Assembly (NCBI GenBank): GCA_044220955.1
Contig: JBGAQA010000146.1
Coordinates: 1 to 12,307, forward strand
DNA: 12,307 bases
Origin: Sandaracinaceae bacterium
GTDB taxonomy: Bacteria > Myxococcota_A > Polyangia > Polyangiales > Sandaracinaceae
Reading direction: 5' to 3'
Positions 1 to 8,443 of this stretch are shown here, in pieces. The notes beneath the pieces are model-generated. The model was not told where the DNA came from. It searched no databases and saw only the letters and a list, made by a program, of their open reading frames with translations. Position 1 is the first letter of the stretch, and each line of letters begins with the position of its first letter. A program made the position numbers and the translations under genes.

Positions 1-172
1 GTTTGCCAGGGGGCGCGCGGGCGGGTATCACGCCGGCCTTCGCGCTTGTTGGGGGGGGTTCGGCCGCCGCGTGGGCCGACGCGTCGTCCGCGGCGGCATC
101 GACCGGCGGCGGCGCGTCCGGCCCACACGCCGCACACGTGATGCAGAGGACGAGCGCGAGGCGCGTGGGCAT
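1..172 (-). CDS. Partial (5' end only) putative lipoprotein, runs off the window
   Basis: Manual translation from ATG at 172: MPTRLALVLCITCAACGPDAPPPVDAAADDASAHAAAEPPPTSAKAGVIPARAPPGK. It has a short basic N-region, a hydrophobic stretch, a lipobox-like CAAC-G and a Pro/Ala tether. It is absent from the ORF track because it is truncated. It lies 50 bp downstream of the giant gene on the same strand. Confidence 0.7.
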   Translation of the reverse strand, partial: MPTRLALVLCITCAACGPDAPPPVDAAADDASAHAAAEPPPTSAKAGVIPARAPPGK

Positions 173-222
173 CGTGAGAGGATCGACGAGCGCGCCTCGC
201 CGGGCAACCCCGGGCCTCGCGG

Positions 223-3200
223 TCAGCGCTCGAGGAGCCGTGCCAGCGCGGTGAGCTGCTCCGACGCGGGCGCGGTCTGCGCGACGACGTGCCCGGCCAG
301 CAGGATCGCGGCTCGCTCGCGGTGCACGGCCGTCCCCGCGGCGATCGCCAGCAGCTCGCTCCCGCCCGCCAGGGACAGAGCGCCGTCGATCATCGACGCG
401 AGCGGCTCCTGGCGCGAGGCCTGCACGACGACGCCGGCCTCTCGCCCGATCCGGTGCAGCACGGCGTGCGTCCGCTGCGCCAGCGGCTCGACGGGCCCGC
501 TCGAGCTCTTCGCGGGCCTGGCGCCGCGAAGCGGAGGGCGCTTCGACTCGCGCGCCTTGCCCGCCGGTGCCTTGGGGGTCTTGGCCGGCTTGCGCGACGC
601 GTCCGGCCGGGCGGTCTCGGGCCGGGCCGCGGTCTTCAGCCCGAGCGCGAGCGCGAGGGCGTCCGAGCGTGTGATGGCGCGCGGTCCGAGCGCGAGCGCG
701 AGCCGCTGCGAGGCGAGCGATCCATCGGCGACGAAGCGCGGGTAGCGCGCGAGCGCGTCGTCTTCGGCGCTCGCATCGAGCTCGTCGGGGTCGAGCACGA
801 CGACGGCGCTCTGCTTCGCGAGCACGTCGACGACGCCGCGCAGCGACCCGAGCGGACCGACGCCGAAGGGCATGGCCACGTCGGCCGGCAGCTCCTTGGC
901 GTGCACGAAGCCGAGGGTGGCGCCGCGCACGAGGTGAGCGCGGTCGAGGTCGACGTCGGGGCTCTCGTCCTTCGCCACGCGCGCCGCGATCATCCCGAGC
1001 AGCCGCACGTACGCGGTCCGCGCGATGGCGTCGAGCGCGCCCTCCGCCTCGCCTCGCGTCGCGCCCCAGACCACGAGCGTCCCCTCGAGCGGGACGACCT
1101 CGGGCAGGTGCTTGGGAGCGGTCGCGCGCAGCGGCGACGGGGGCGCGTTCTCGGGGTCGTCCGTCGCCGCGTCGAGCACCCGGACGCCGGCGTCCTGCGT
1201 CTCGTCGAGCGGCCCGAGCGAGAGCACGCCCCGCACGGCACGGGCTCTGGCGACGTAGAGCCCCGCGACGAATGGCCGGTCGATGGTGATCGTCGGGAAG
1301 GGCCCGCGTGGTGCGGGGAGCGATCGGAGCACGATCTCCTCGGCGAGCTCGATCGCGCCTCGCTCGATGGCGAGCCGCGCTTCGTCACGGACCGCCCCGC
1401 TCCAGGTGCGGTCGGGCGTCAGCGCGAGCGAGCTCGCACGCGCGCGGGTCGCCAGCTCACCCTCGAGCTCGATCTCGCCGAGCGGCTGCATCCCGAGAAA
1501 GAACGTGAGGCCGCGTGCGCTCGCGTGCGCGGGCCAGAGCACCATCACCACGGTCTCCGTGCCGTCGTCCTCGCGCTCCGTCTCGATGCCGAGCGCCATG
1601 TCGCGCTCCTCGTCGGTCGGCGCGATCGACGCCACGGGGGGACGCGACCGGTTCACCATCGCGACCTGGTCGAGCTCGAGCTCCTTCGTCGCGTCCACGA
1701 CCGGGATCGCGCGGCCGAGCGCCGCCGCGTGCGGCGGCGAGAGGCGCAGGGAGAAGCGCTCCGGATCCAGCGGCACGCGCCGCGTCTGCATCGGGGTCCA
1801 CCACACGGGGCCGAAGCGCTCGTGCTGCGTCCGGATCTCCTCGAAGGAGACGCGCGCTCCGGCCGTGGTCGGGAAGAGCTTCAGCGCCCCGAGGCGCTCG
1901 AGGTGGGTCCTGCCGCCGAGCAGCGCCGCGTCGCGCTGCGCGTCGAGCGCCCAGTCGGGTGCGCCGTCGAACGAGCGCTCGTCCGTCAGGCGCCGCAAGA
2001 GCCTGGCCAGGGCGCGCACGAGCGCAGGCTCGATCTCTTCGCGCGCCGGGCGGCCGGACGCGCCCTTCGCGACGAGGGGCGACTCGATCGCCGCCTCGAA
2101 GGGCGGGACCAGCTCGACGGAGATCTCCGAGACGACCTCGCCCGCGTCGAAGAAGCGCACGTGCGAAGGGCCGCGCTCGACGAGGCCGATCACGCCGTGG
2201 CCGAGCGCCTGCTCCACGACGGTCGCGTCGTCGGTGCTCGTGACCAGCGCGTCGAGGGTCCGGCAGAGGGCTGCCACGTGCCCGGGGCGCAGGGTCGGCG
2301 GCAGGGTGAGCCCTCGCGCCCGGCGCCGCGCCGTGTGGAGCGCGCGCACCTCGCGGGTGACGTCGCGAAGCGCCGCGCCGGCGATCTTCTCCAGGAGCGC
2401 GCTGCGCCCGTCGCCCGTGGGCCAGGGAACGAGCGCGATGGGCCGATCGAAGGGCCCAGCAGGCTCCCCGTCGGCGGGGGGCAGGAGCGTGAGCGGCTCG
2501 GGGAGGAACCACAGCTCGTCGTCGACGGTCGCGCTCGCGATCGAGAGCGCTTGACCCTGCACGGCCCGGAGCGTGGGCGGCGCGCAGAGGGCGCGGAGCA
2601 TCGCCCCGACCTCGCCGCGCCGGCGGCCTCCGCCGACCAGGTGCTCGGCCAGCGCGCGCAGCGCGGGGTCGCCGAAGAGCGATGCCCCGTTCTCGTTCAC
2701 CATGGCCACGAGCAGCGCGCGCGCCGACGCGTGGATGGCGCCGCGCGTGCGCGAGACGGCCGCCTCGCCCGGCTTCGTGCCGGTGTCGTCCACGAGGCGT
2801 GGCTCGATGGACACGCGCGAGACCACGTGGGGCGGCAGGTCGTCCGCCTCGAGGTCGACGAAGGGACGCCGGTCGACGAGCAGCTCGACGCGCGGCCTCG
2901 AGACGTGGGCGCGGAACCCGAGCACGCCGTCGATGCCATCGCCCGTCACCCGCGCCGTCGCGCTCGCGCCCCGCACCTCGAGCGGCTCGGGCGCGCGCGC
3001 CGCGATGGCGGCCAGGCGTGCCTCGCGCCGGCGCGCGGCGAGCGTGCCGCGGATGGCGTCCGTGGCATCGACCACCTCGCGCGTGCCCGCGAGCGCCGCG
3101 AGCCCGAGGGCCTCCTCGCGGCTCCCGCGGAGCACGTCGAGCGCGAGCCCGTCCAGCTCGCGCGCGGCGAACGCGTCGCGCGGCACGAACGCGATCGCCC

Positions 3201-5805
3201 CCTCGTTGGACGCGCGGATGGCCGCGATGCTCGTGCGCTCGCTGCCGAGCCCCGGGAACAGGCGCAGCTCGGCGAGGGCCGCTCGCTCGTCCGTGTCGAG
3301 GGGCTCCTCGAAAGGCGCGCGCGCCTCGAGCATGACGGCGCGGACCACCGAGGGGGCGTCGAGCTCGATCCCCCGGACCAGGTCGTCGGAGACCGAGCCG
3401 AGCCAGGCTCGCAGCGCCGCGCGCGCGATCCGGCTCGACGCGCGATCGAGCGCGTGCCGCTGCTCGAGCGCGATCCAGTCCACGCTGGCGCTGCTCCACG
3501 CCTCGTCGGGCACGATGCGCTCGTCCTCGACGAGCGCGAGGACGGGGACGCGCGCCGAGCGCAGCCCGTGCATGCCCATGCGCACGCCCATGTGCTGGGC
3601 GACGATGCCCCCGTCGTCGTCGCACCAGGCGACGACCCTCGCGAAACCGTCACCGTCCGTCGCGAGCCCGAGCTTCGCTCCGCGCGCGAGGGCCTGCACC
3701 GTGAGGTCCGCCGCCTTCGCGGGTGGCCGTCGCACGCGCGCGTAGTCGACGAAGTGTGCGCGCGGCAGCAGCAATCGCAGCGCCGTTCGCTCGGCGTCGT
3801 CGACGACGAGCACCGGACGATGGGCGGGCAGCGCCTCCGGCCAAGGTCGGCCCTTCTCGACCAGGCCGATCGCGTCGGCGGCAGCCAGCGCGTCGATCGA
3901 CGTCGTGCCGCCGATGCAGGTCCAGGCCGGGGCCGCTCCGAGGGGCTTGCCGAGCACGTGGCGTCGCGCGTCGTCGACGTCGGCCGCGATCGACGCGAGC
4001 AGGGCGTGGCGGACCAGGGCCCGCGCGCGCGGGTCGGACGCCACCTGCGCCGGCTCGACCGAGAGCGTCCCGTCCCTGGTCTTCTCGCCGCAGAGGATCC
4101 GCGCGACGCTCGTGCATCCGGCGAGGATCGCTCGCTCGACCGCCTCGAGCACGGCCCGGCTGACGTCGTCGTCGAGCGCCGCATCGTAGCTCGTGGTCGG
4201 CGTGAGCGCGGCACAGTCGGCGACGACGGCGATGCCGACGCCGGCCCGGCTTCGTCGCGTCTCGAGCAGTCGCCCGCCGACGCGCAGCTCGATCGTCCGG
4301 TCCTCGCCCGGCGCGCCGAGCACCACGTCTCCCGCGAGCGCGAAGTGGGGGCGGCCCTTCTGGCCGAGCTGCTGCGGGAGCGGGATGCGGGCGATCGCCC
4401 CGTCCGCTCGCTGCACACGCGGAGGCTCCACCGGGCGGGCGAGCCAGCGTCGCTCGTTCTCCTGCGTCCGCGCCGCGAGCTCGACGAGCGGCGCCGCCGA
4501 CGCGGGCGCATGATCGCCGAAGAGCAGGTGCGTGGGATCGCCGGCGGGGGCCGCGAGCACGTCGCCGAGCCAGGGCGCCAGCTCCTTCGCCACGTACGTC
4601 GCCCCGTAGTGCACCTGTGCGTGGCTCGCGCCGGCGAGCTCGCGGGGGCTTCGGGCCCGGCCCGTCGCGTCGATCAGCAGCCTCGCGTCGAGCAGCGGCA
4701 CGAGCGCGGGCGAGACCGCCGCGATCGCGAGCCGCGTCCGGAACGCGACGCCGCCCACCTCCGAAGCGAGCAGCGTCATCGCGATCGTCCGCAGCCACGA
4801 GCGGCGAGCGGGCTCCTGCGCCGTCCCGATCTCGGCGGCGAGGCGCTGGACGAGCGCCGTCAGCGCGGCGCCGGCCTGCGAGAGCGCCTCGGCGGCGTCG
4901 GGCTCGTCCCAGCGCACCGCCGAGCGTGCCGCGTTCGTGGGCAGCCGCTCGCGGTCGACGCGCAGGAGCACGGGCACGTTCGCCCCCGCAGCGCCGACAC
5001 CGCAAGACCAGGGCTCGCGCGAGAGGACGACGCCGGCCTCGGCGGCCTCGAGGATCGCGTGGGTCCTGCCGATCCGCGGGGTGACGAGCGCGACGTAGCC
5101 GCCGCTCGCGAGTGGCTCGCGCATCACGATCGCGGGATCTTGCGCGACGGGGAGCCCCCCCACCGTCAGCGGTACGCGCACCTCGCGCGTGGCGTCGCGC
5201 ACGAGCGCCAGCTCGCGCGGCTCCTCGCCGACCGCCCAGCGGGCGAGCGCACCGAGGCCCATGACGGCCCGCGCGTGGACGAGCACGCCCCGGCGTGGGC
5301 GCGGCGCGTGCGCGGGGGGCGCGGCGCGCTCGGTCGTCAGCGCCCTCAGGCCCGGAGCGATCCCGGTCTCGCGCTCCACGCTGAAGAGCTGGGGCGTGAA
5401 GCGCACGCGCTCGCTGCCCTCCGCGTCCAGCGCGTACACGTCCACGTGGCGCGTCGCCGTGCCGTCCTCCTTGCGTCCGAGGGCGGCGTTCACGCCGATC
5501 GCGAGCAGGCGCCACGCCCGCGCGTCGGGCGCGGCGGAGGGATCGAAGAGCTCCTCGAAGAGCCGGGGGAGCTTCGCGGGGTCGGGCTTCGCACACGCGA
5601 TCGCGACGAAGACGTCGCCGCCGCTGCCCTCGACGGCGATCGCCTCGGTCTCGCGCATCAGCACGCCGGCGCGGACCACCTCGAGCACCCAGCCGAGCGG
5701 ATCGGCGAGCTGGTAGCTGCGCAGCTTGTCGATCGCGCGGGCGGCGTCCACGCGCAGGCGCCCGCCCGAGACACGGATCCCGGCGCCGGGACGCGCGCGG
5801 CTCAT
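223..5805 (-). CDS. Giant (1860 aa) HSP90-related protein: degenerate GHKL N-domain plus tandem HSP90 middle-domain-like repeats
   Basis: This is the C-terminal part of ORF 223..7263, with the start reassigned to ATG 5805 (MSRARPGAG...). That ATG overlaps the upstream TGA (ATGA), and the translation changes from Arg-rich junk to normal composition there. The N-terminus LRVDAARAIDKLRSYQLADPLGWVLEVVRAG resembles the HtpG start (F.VD...I.LL....Y..P..F.RELxQNA). Sequence motifs recur about every 220-250 aa. The gene call is confident; the domain assignment is by eye. Confidence 0.85.
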   Translation of the reverse strand: MSRARPGAGIRVSGGRLRVDAARAIDKLRSYQLADPLGWVLEVVRAGVLMRETEAIAVEGSGGDVFVAIACAKPDPAKLPRLFEELFDPSAAPDARAWRLLAIGVNAALGRKEDGTATRHVDVYALDAEGSERVRFTPQLFSVERETGIAPGLRALTTERAAPPAHAPRPRRGVLVHARAVMGLGALARWAVGEEPRELALVRDATREVRVPLTVGGLPVAQDPAIVMREPLASGGYVALVTPRIGRTHAILEAAEAGVVLSREPWSCGVGAAGANVPVLLRVDRERLPTNAARSAVRWDEPDAAEALSQAGAALTALVQRLAAEIGTAQEPARRSWLRTIAMTLLASEVGGVAFRTRLAIAAVSPALVPLLDARLLIDATGRARSPRELAGASHAQVHYGATYVAKELAPWLGDVLAAPAGDPTHLLFGDHAPASAAPLVELAARTQENERRWLARPVEPPRVQRADGAIARIPLPQQLGQKGRPHFALAGDVVLGAPGEDRTIELRVGGRLLETRRSRAGVGIAVVADCAALTPTTSYDAALDDDVSRAVLEAVERAILAGCTSVARILCGEKTRDGTLSVEPAQVASDPRARALVRHALLASIAADVDDARRHVLGKPLGAAPAWTCIGGTTSIDALAAADAIGLVEKGRPWPEALPAHRPVLVVDDAERTALRLLLPRAHFVDYARVRRPPAKAADLTVQALARGAKLGLATDGDGFARVVAWCDDDGGIVAQHMGVRMGMHGLRSARVPVLALVEDERIVPDEAWSSASVDWIALEQRHALDRASSRIARAALRAWLGSVSDDLVRGIELDAPSVVRAVMLEARAPFEEPLDTDERAALAELRLFPGLGSERTSIAAIRASNEGAIAFVPRDAFAARELDGLALDVLRGSREEALGLAALAGTREVVDATDAIRGTLAARRREARLAAIAARAPEPLEVRGASATARVTGDGIDGVLGFRAHVSRPRVELLVDRRPFVDLEADDLPPHVVSRVSIEPRLVDDTGTKPGEAAVSRTRGAIHASARALLVAMVNENGASLFGDPALRALAEHLVGGGRRRGEVGAMLRALCAPPTLRAVQGQALSIASATVDDELWFLPEPLTLLPPADGEPAGPFDRPIALVPWPTGDGRSALLEKIAGAALRDVTREVRALHTARRRARGLTLPPTLRPGHVAALCRTLDALVTSTDDATVVEQALGHGVIGLVERGPSHVRFFDAGEVVSEISVELVPPFEAAIESPLVAKGASGRPAREEIEPALVRALARLLRRLTDERSFDGAPDWALDAQRDAALLGGRTHLERLGALKLFPTTAGARVSFEEIRTQHERFGPVWWTPMQTRRVPLDPERFSLRLSPPHAAALGRAIPVVDATKELELDQVAMVNRSRPPVASIAPTDEERDMALGIETEREDDGTETVVMVLWPAHASARGLTFFLGMQPLGEIELEGELATRARASSLALTPDRTWSGAVRDEARLAIERGAIELAEEIVLRSLPAPRGPFPTITIDRPFVAGLYVARARAVRGVLSLGPLDETQDAGVRVLDAATDDPENAPPSPLRATAPKHLPEVVPLEGTLVVWGATRGEAEGALDAIARTAYVRLLGMIAARVAKDESPDVDLDRAHLVRGATLGFVHAKELPADVAMPFGVGPLGSLRGVVDVLAKQSAVVVLDPDELDASAEDDALARYPRFVADGSLASQRLALALGPRAITRSDALALALGLKTAARPETARPDASRKPAKTPKAPAGKARESKRPPLRGARPAKSSSGPVEPLAQRTHAVLHRIGREAGVVVQASRQEPLASMIDGALSLAGGSELLAIAAGTAVHRERAAILLAGHVVAQTAPASEQLTALARLLER

Positions 5806-7523
5806 CGCGCGCCCCCGCCGAAGAGGGACCGCAGGCTGGCGTCTGCGAGCGCGAGCGAGCGCGCCTCGGTCACGAGCTCCCGATCGGCGAGGACGGCGCG
5901 GGCCAGCACGTCGGCGGCGACGACGGGGTCCGGGTGCGCGCGCGCCGCCATGACGACGGGATGTCCAGCCGCGATGCCGAGCGGGGGCCGGAGGGCGATG
6001 CGGAAGGGGTCGGCTTCGTCGTCGCGGGCGCTGGCGAGGTGCGCGCGATCGACGTGCGCGAGCGTGAACGTGAGCCGAGTGTCGGCGCCGACGACGTCGA
6101 CGAGGTGCACGCTCGAGGGCGCTCGCAGCACGACGCCGAGCAGCCGCGTGAGCTGAGCGAGCAGGTGGGCATCGGCCTCGCTCGTTCGCCCCGCGTCGAG
6201 CGGTACGAGCGCGGAGCCCAGGTAGCGCGGGTGGACGGGGCGGGTCCCCGTGAACGCCGCGAGCAGCGACTCCAGCGTCTCCTTCTCCGCAGCATCGCGC
6301 GCGAGGCTCGCGTCGATCACGGGCACGCCCGCCGCGGCGAGGACGTCCACGAGCGCGTCGCGCTCGCGGGCCATGCGCGAGGGCCCGCTCCCGCCGAGGC
6401 ACGGCAGCACGCGGGCGCCGCCGACCGGGGCGAGCAGCGGGACGTCGATCCGGCGCGGATCGATCGCGAGCTCGGCGCGTCGCGCGGCGTCCACGATGCC
6501 GATCCAGCGTGAGCCGGCGGTGGCGTCGCCGGCCACGTGCGCGCGCGCGGCCTGGCCGATCTCCGAGAGCACCTCCTGCGTGAGCGGGACGGAGATGGCG
6601 TGCTCGACGAGGCGGAGCGCGCGCGCGTGCGCGTCGTCCATGCGCACGTCCTCCCGCGAGAGCGTGTGGGACAGGCGGGGGTCCGAGACCTTGAACGCGA
6701 TCGACGCGCGCGTGCCGCGATCGCGGGAGGCGTGCAAGAGCAGCCCGCGGTTGTAGAAGGCGGCGAGACGGGCGGTCTCGGGCACGAGCCCGACGAGCGC
6801 GCTCGTCTCGTCGTCGTAGGAGACGGCACGCACGCTGACCAGCGCCTGGTCGAGATCGATCGGCCGGTCGATGCGCTGCTGCACGGACGGCGTGGCCTCG
6901 CTCGCCGGGACCACGTTGAAATGGATGGGAACGCTCGCGTGCCCGCACCAGCGCTCGAGCGCGGCCTGGCTCCGAGCGACGAGCTCCGCGCCATCGTCCT
7001 TCAGCGGGACGTGGAGCGTCACGGTCGTCCCGCGGGTACCACCCGGCTCGCGATAGAGGTCGTAGCTCCGGTCCGGGTGCAAGTGCAGCACGTGGCGCAC
7101 GTCGTCGCCGACGCAGGTGGAGACCACCACGAGCGAGGGAGCGAGGGCCAGGACCGAGACGAAGCCGATCCCGAACTTGCCGATCGTGTCGCCGCGGTCC
7201 TCCTTCGTGGAACGAAAGAGCACGACGAGATCCTCCTCGAGCACCTGCTGCGTCATCCCGCAACCGTCGTCCGTCACGCTGAGGCGCGCCTCGTGGGCGT
7301 CGTCCGCACGCGTGATCACGATGCGCACGTGGATCTCGCTGCTCCCGGCGTCGATCGCGTTCTGAGCGAGCTCGCGGAAGAGGGCGTAGGGGTCGGCGAA
7401 CTGGCGGACCAGGTCGCCGACGAGGCCATCGTTCTCGCTCGTCTCGGCCTCGGCGCGGCCCGCGCGGTAGGGGCCCGCGTCCGGCACGCCGTTCTCCTTC
7501 TTGCTCTTGTCCTTCTTGCTCAC
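5802..7523 (-). CDS. HSP90/HtpG-like GHKL ATPase (573 aa), divergent compact paralog
   Basis: GTG start at 7523 overlaps the upstream TGA (GTGA). All GHKL boxes are present: RELAQNAIDA (ExxxN), DDGCGM (DxGxG), IGKFGIGF and GTTVTL. The middle-domain motif DPRLSHTLSREDV matches HSP90 DLPLNxSRE, and the C-terminal LGIAAGHPVV resembles LEINPxHPxI. Confidence 0.92.
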   Translation of the reverse strand: MSKKDKSKKENGVPDAGPYRAGRAEAETSENDGLVGDLVRQFADPYALFRELAQNAIDAGSSEIHVRIVITRADDAHEARLSVTDDGCGMTQQVLEEDLVVLFRSTKEDRGDTIGKFGIGFVSVLALAPSLVVVSTCVGDDVRHVLHLHPDRSYDLYREPGGTRGTTVTLHVPLKDDGAELVARSQAALERWCGHASVPIHFNVVPASEATPSVQQRIDRPIDLDQALVSVRAVSYDDETSALVGLVPETARLAAFYNRGLLLHASRDRGTRASIAFKVSDPRLSHTLSREDVRMDDAHARALRLVEHAISVPLTQEVLSEIGQAARAHVAGDATAGSRWIGIVDAARRAELAIDPRRIDVPLLAPVGGARVLPCLGGSGPSRMARERDALVDVLAAAGVPVIDASLARDAAEKETLESLLAAFTGTRPVHPRYLGSALVPLDAGRTSEADAHLLAQLTRLLGVVLRAPSSVHLVDVVGADTRLTFTLAHVDRAHLASARDDEADPFRIALRPPLGIAAGHPVVMAARAHPDPVVAADVLARAVLADRELVTEARSLALADASLRSLFGGGAR

Positions 7524-8443
7524 GCGGCCATCCGATCGATCTCCCGGAGCGCCGCCGCCGTCTCCTCCGGCGCCACGAGGCAGATCGAGGAGCCCGTGTG
7601 CAGCTCGAACCCGGCGTCGCCGCCCGTCCTCGGGAGGATCTCGATCGAGAAGAACGTACCGCGCGTCGCGAGCGCCGGATCGCGGATCAGCACGTTGTAG
7701 TCGGCCAGGCCCATCCGCGCCCGGAGGCAGCGCAGAGCCCGCCCGAGGTGGTCGGCCAGCGCGCTCACCCCCGCGTCCTCGAGCTCCGCGAGCCGCTCGA
7801 CCCGCTCGACGGGCGCGATGCGCACCTCGTGGGCGCGCGCCGACGCGAACGGACAGAACGTGACGAACCCACCGCCCTCGCGCACGACGCGGCCTCCTGC
7901 GCGCTCGGCCTCGAGCGTGCGCGCGAGCAGACCCGGATCGGCCAGTGCGATGGCGTCGCGCGTACGGACGTGCGGGGGGACGTAGTCGAGCGCGGTGATC
8001 TGCGCGTGTGGATGAGGCTGCGAGCTTCCGGCGCGCCGCCCGCGGTTCCGGAAGGTGACGACGCACCCGATCCCCTCGAGCGCCGCGAGCGTGCGGGCGC
8101 GATCGCGGTACGTCGAGAGCACGTCGGTGAGCGAGCGCGCGTCGAGATCCGGCAGGTCGACGTCGTGCGCGCGCGACTCGATCACCACCTCGTGGACGCC
8201 CCGGGCGCCCGCCATCGACATCGACACGAGCGGGAAGCGATTGCCGACGACGCGCACCGACCAGGGGTCGCCGATCGCGGCGACGGTCGCCTCCGCGTCC
8301 GCCTCGTGGCCTGGGCAGAAGGGACAGCGCCCCGCCGGGGCCGGCAGGCCGCCGGCCTTGGTGGCCCCGATCGCGAGCCGCCCCGGGGCCAGGACGACCT
8401 CGGCGCCCGACCATGGATCGACGCGCACCTCGCTCGACGTCAT
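7520..8443 (-). CDS. galT: GalT-like (HIT superfamily) nucleotidyltransferase, 307 aa
   Basis: ATG at 8443 overlaps the nosL stop. Motifs: RVDPWSG..V..APGR, CPFCPGHE (Zn), VRVVGNRFP, GVHEVVIES..H, FRNRG..AGSSQPHPHAQ (HxHxQ catalytic motif) and C-terminal AGFELHTG....V.PE.AA..LR. The family is clear; the substrate is uncertain. Confidence 0.88.
   Translation of the reverse strand: MTSSEVRVDPWSGAEVVLAPGRLAIGATKAGGLPAPAGRCPFCPGHEADAEATVAAIGDPWSVRVVGNRFPLVSMSMAGARGVHEVVIESRAHDVDLPDLDARSLTDVLSTYRDRARTLAALEGIGCVVTFRNRGRRAGSSQPHPHAQITALDYVPPHVRTRDAIALADPGLLARTLEAERAGGRVVREGGGFVTFCPFASARAHEVRIAPVERVERLAELEDAGVSALADHLGRALRCLRARMGLADYNVLIRDPALATRGTFFSIEILPRTGGDAGFELHTGSSICLVAPEETAAALREIDRMAA

Noticed and set aside
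3..745. Plus-strand ORFs 3..254 and 71..745
   Set aside because: Shadows of the minus-strand lipoprotein and of the giant gene's 3' end.
289..6156. 1955-aa plus-strand ORF
   Set aside because: Antisense shadow of the giant gene. It is Arg/His/Gly-rich with no motifs, and long stop-free antisense frames are expected at this GC content and codon bias.
5806..7263. N-terminal 486-aa extension of ORF 223..7263 (2346 aa)
   Set aside because: Arg/Pro-rich off-frame translation overlapping the real ATPase gene. The true start is most likely ATG 5805.
5802..7523. Calling the ATPase canonical htpG, MutL, GyrB or a histidine kinase
   Set aside because: The motifs are HSP90-type (GxFGIGF, SRE, HP), but the protein is very divergent and lacks the usual HtpG N-terminus. 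No MutL, GyrB or HisKA features are seen, so no symbol was assigned.
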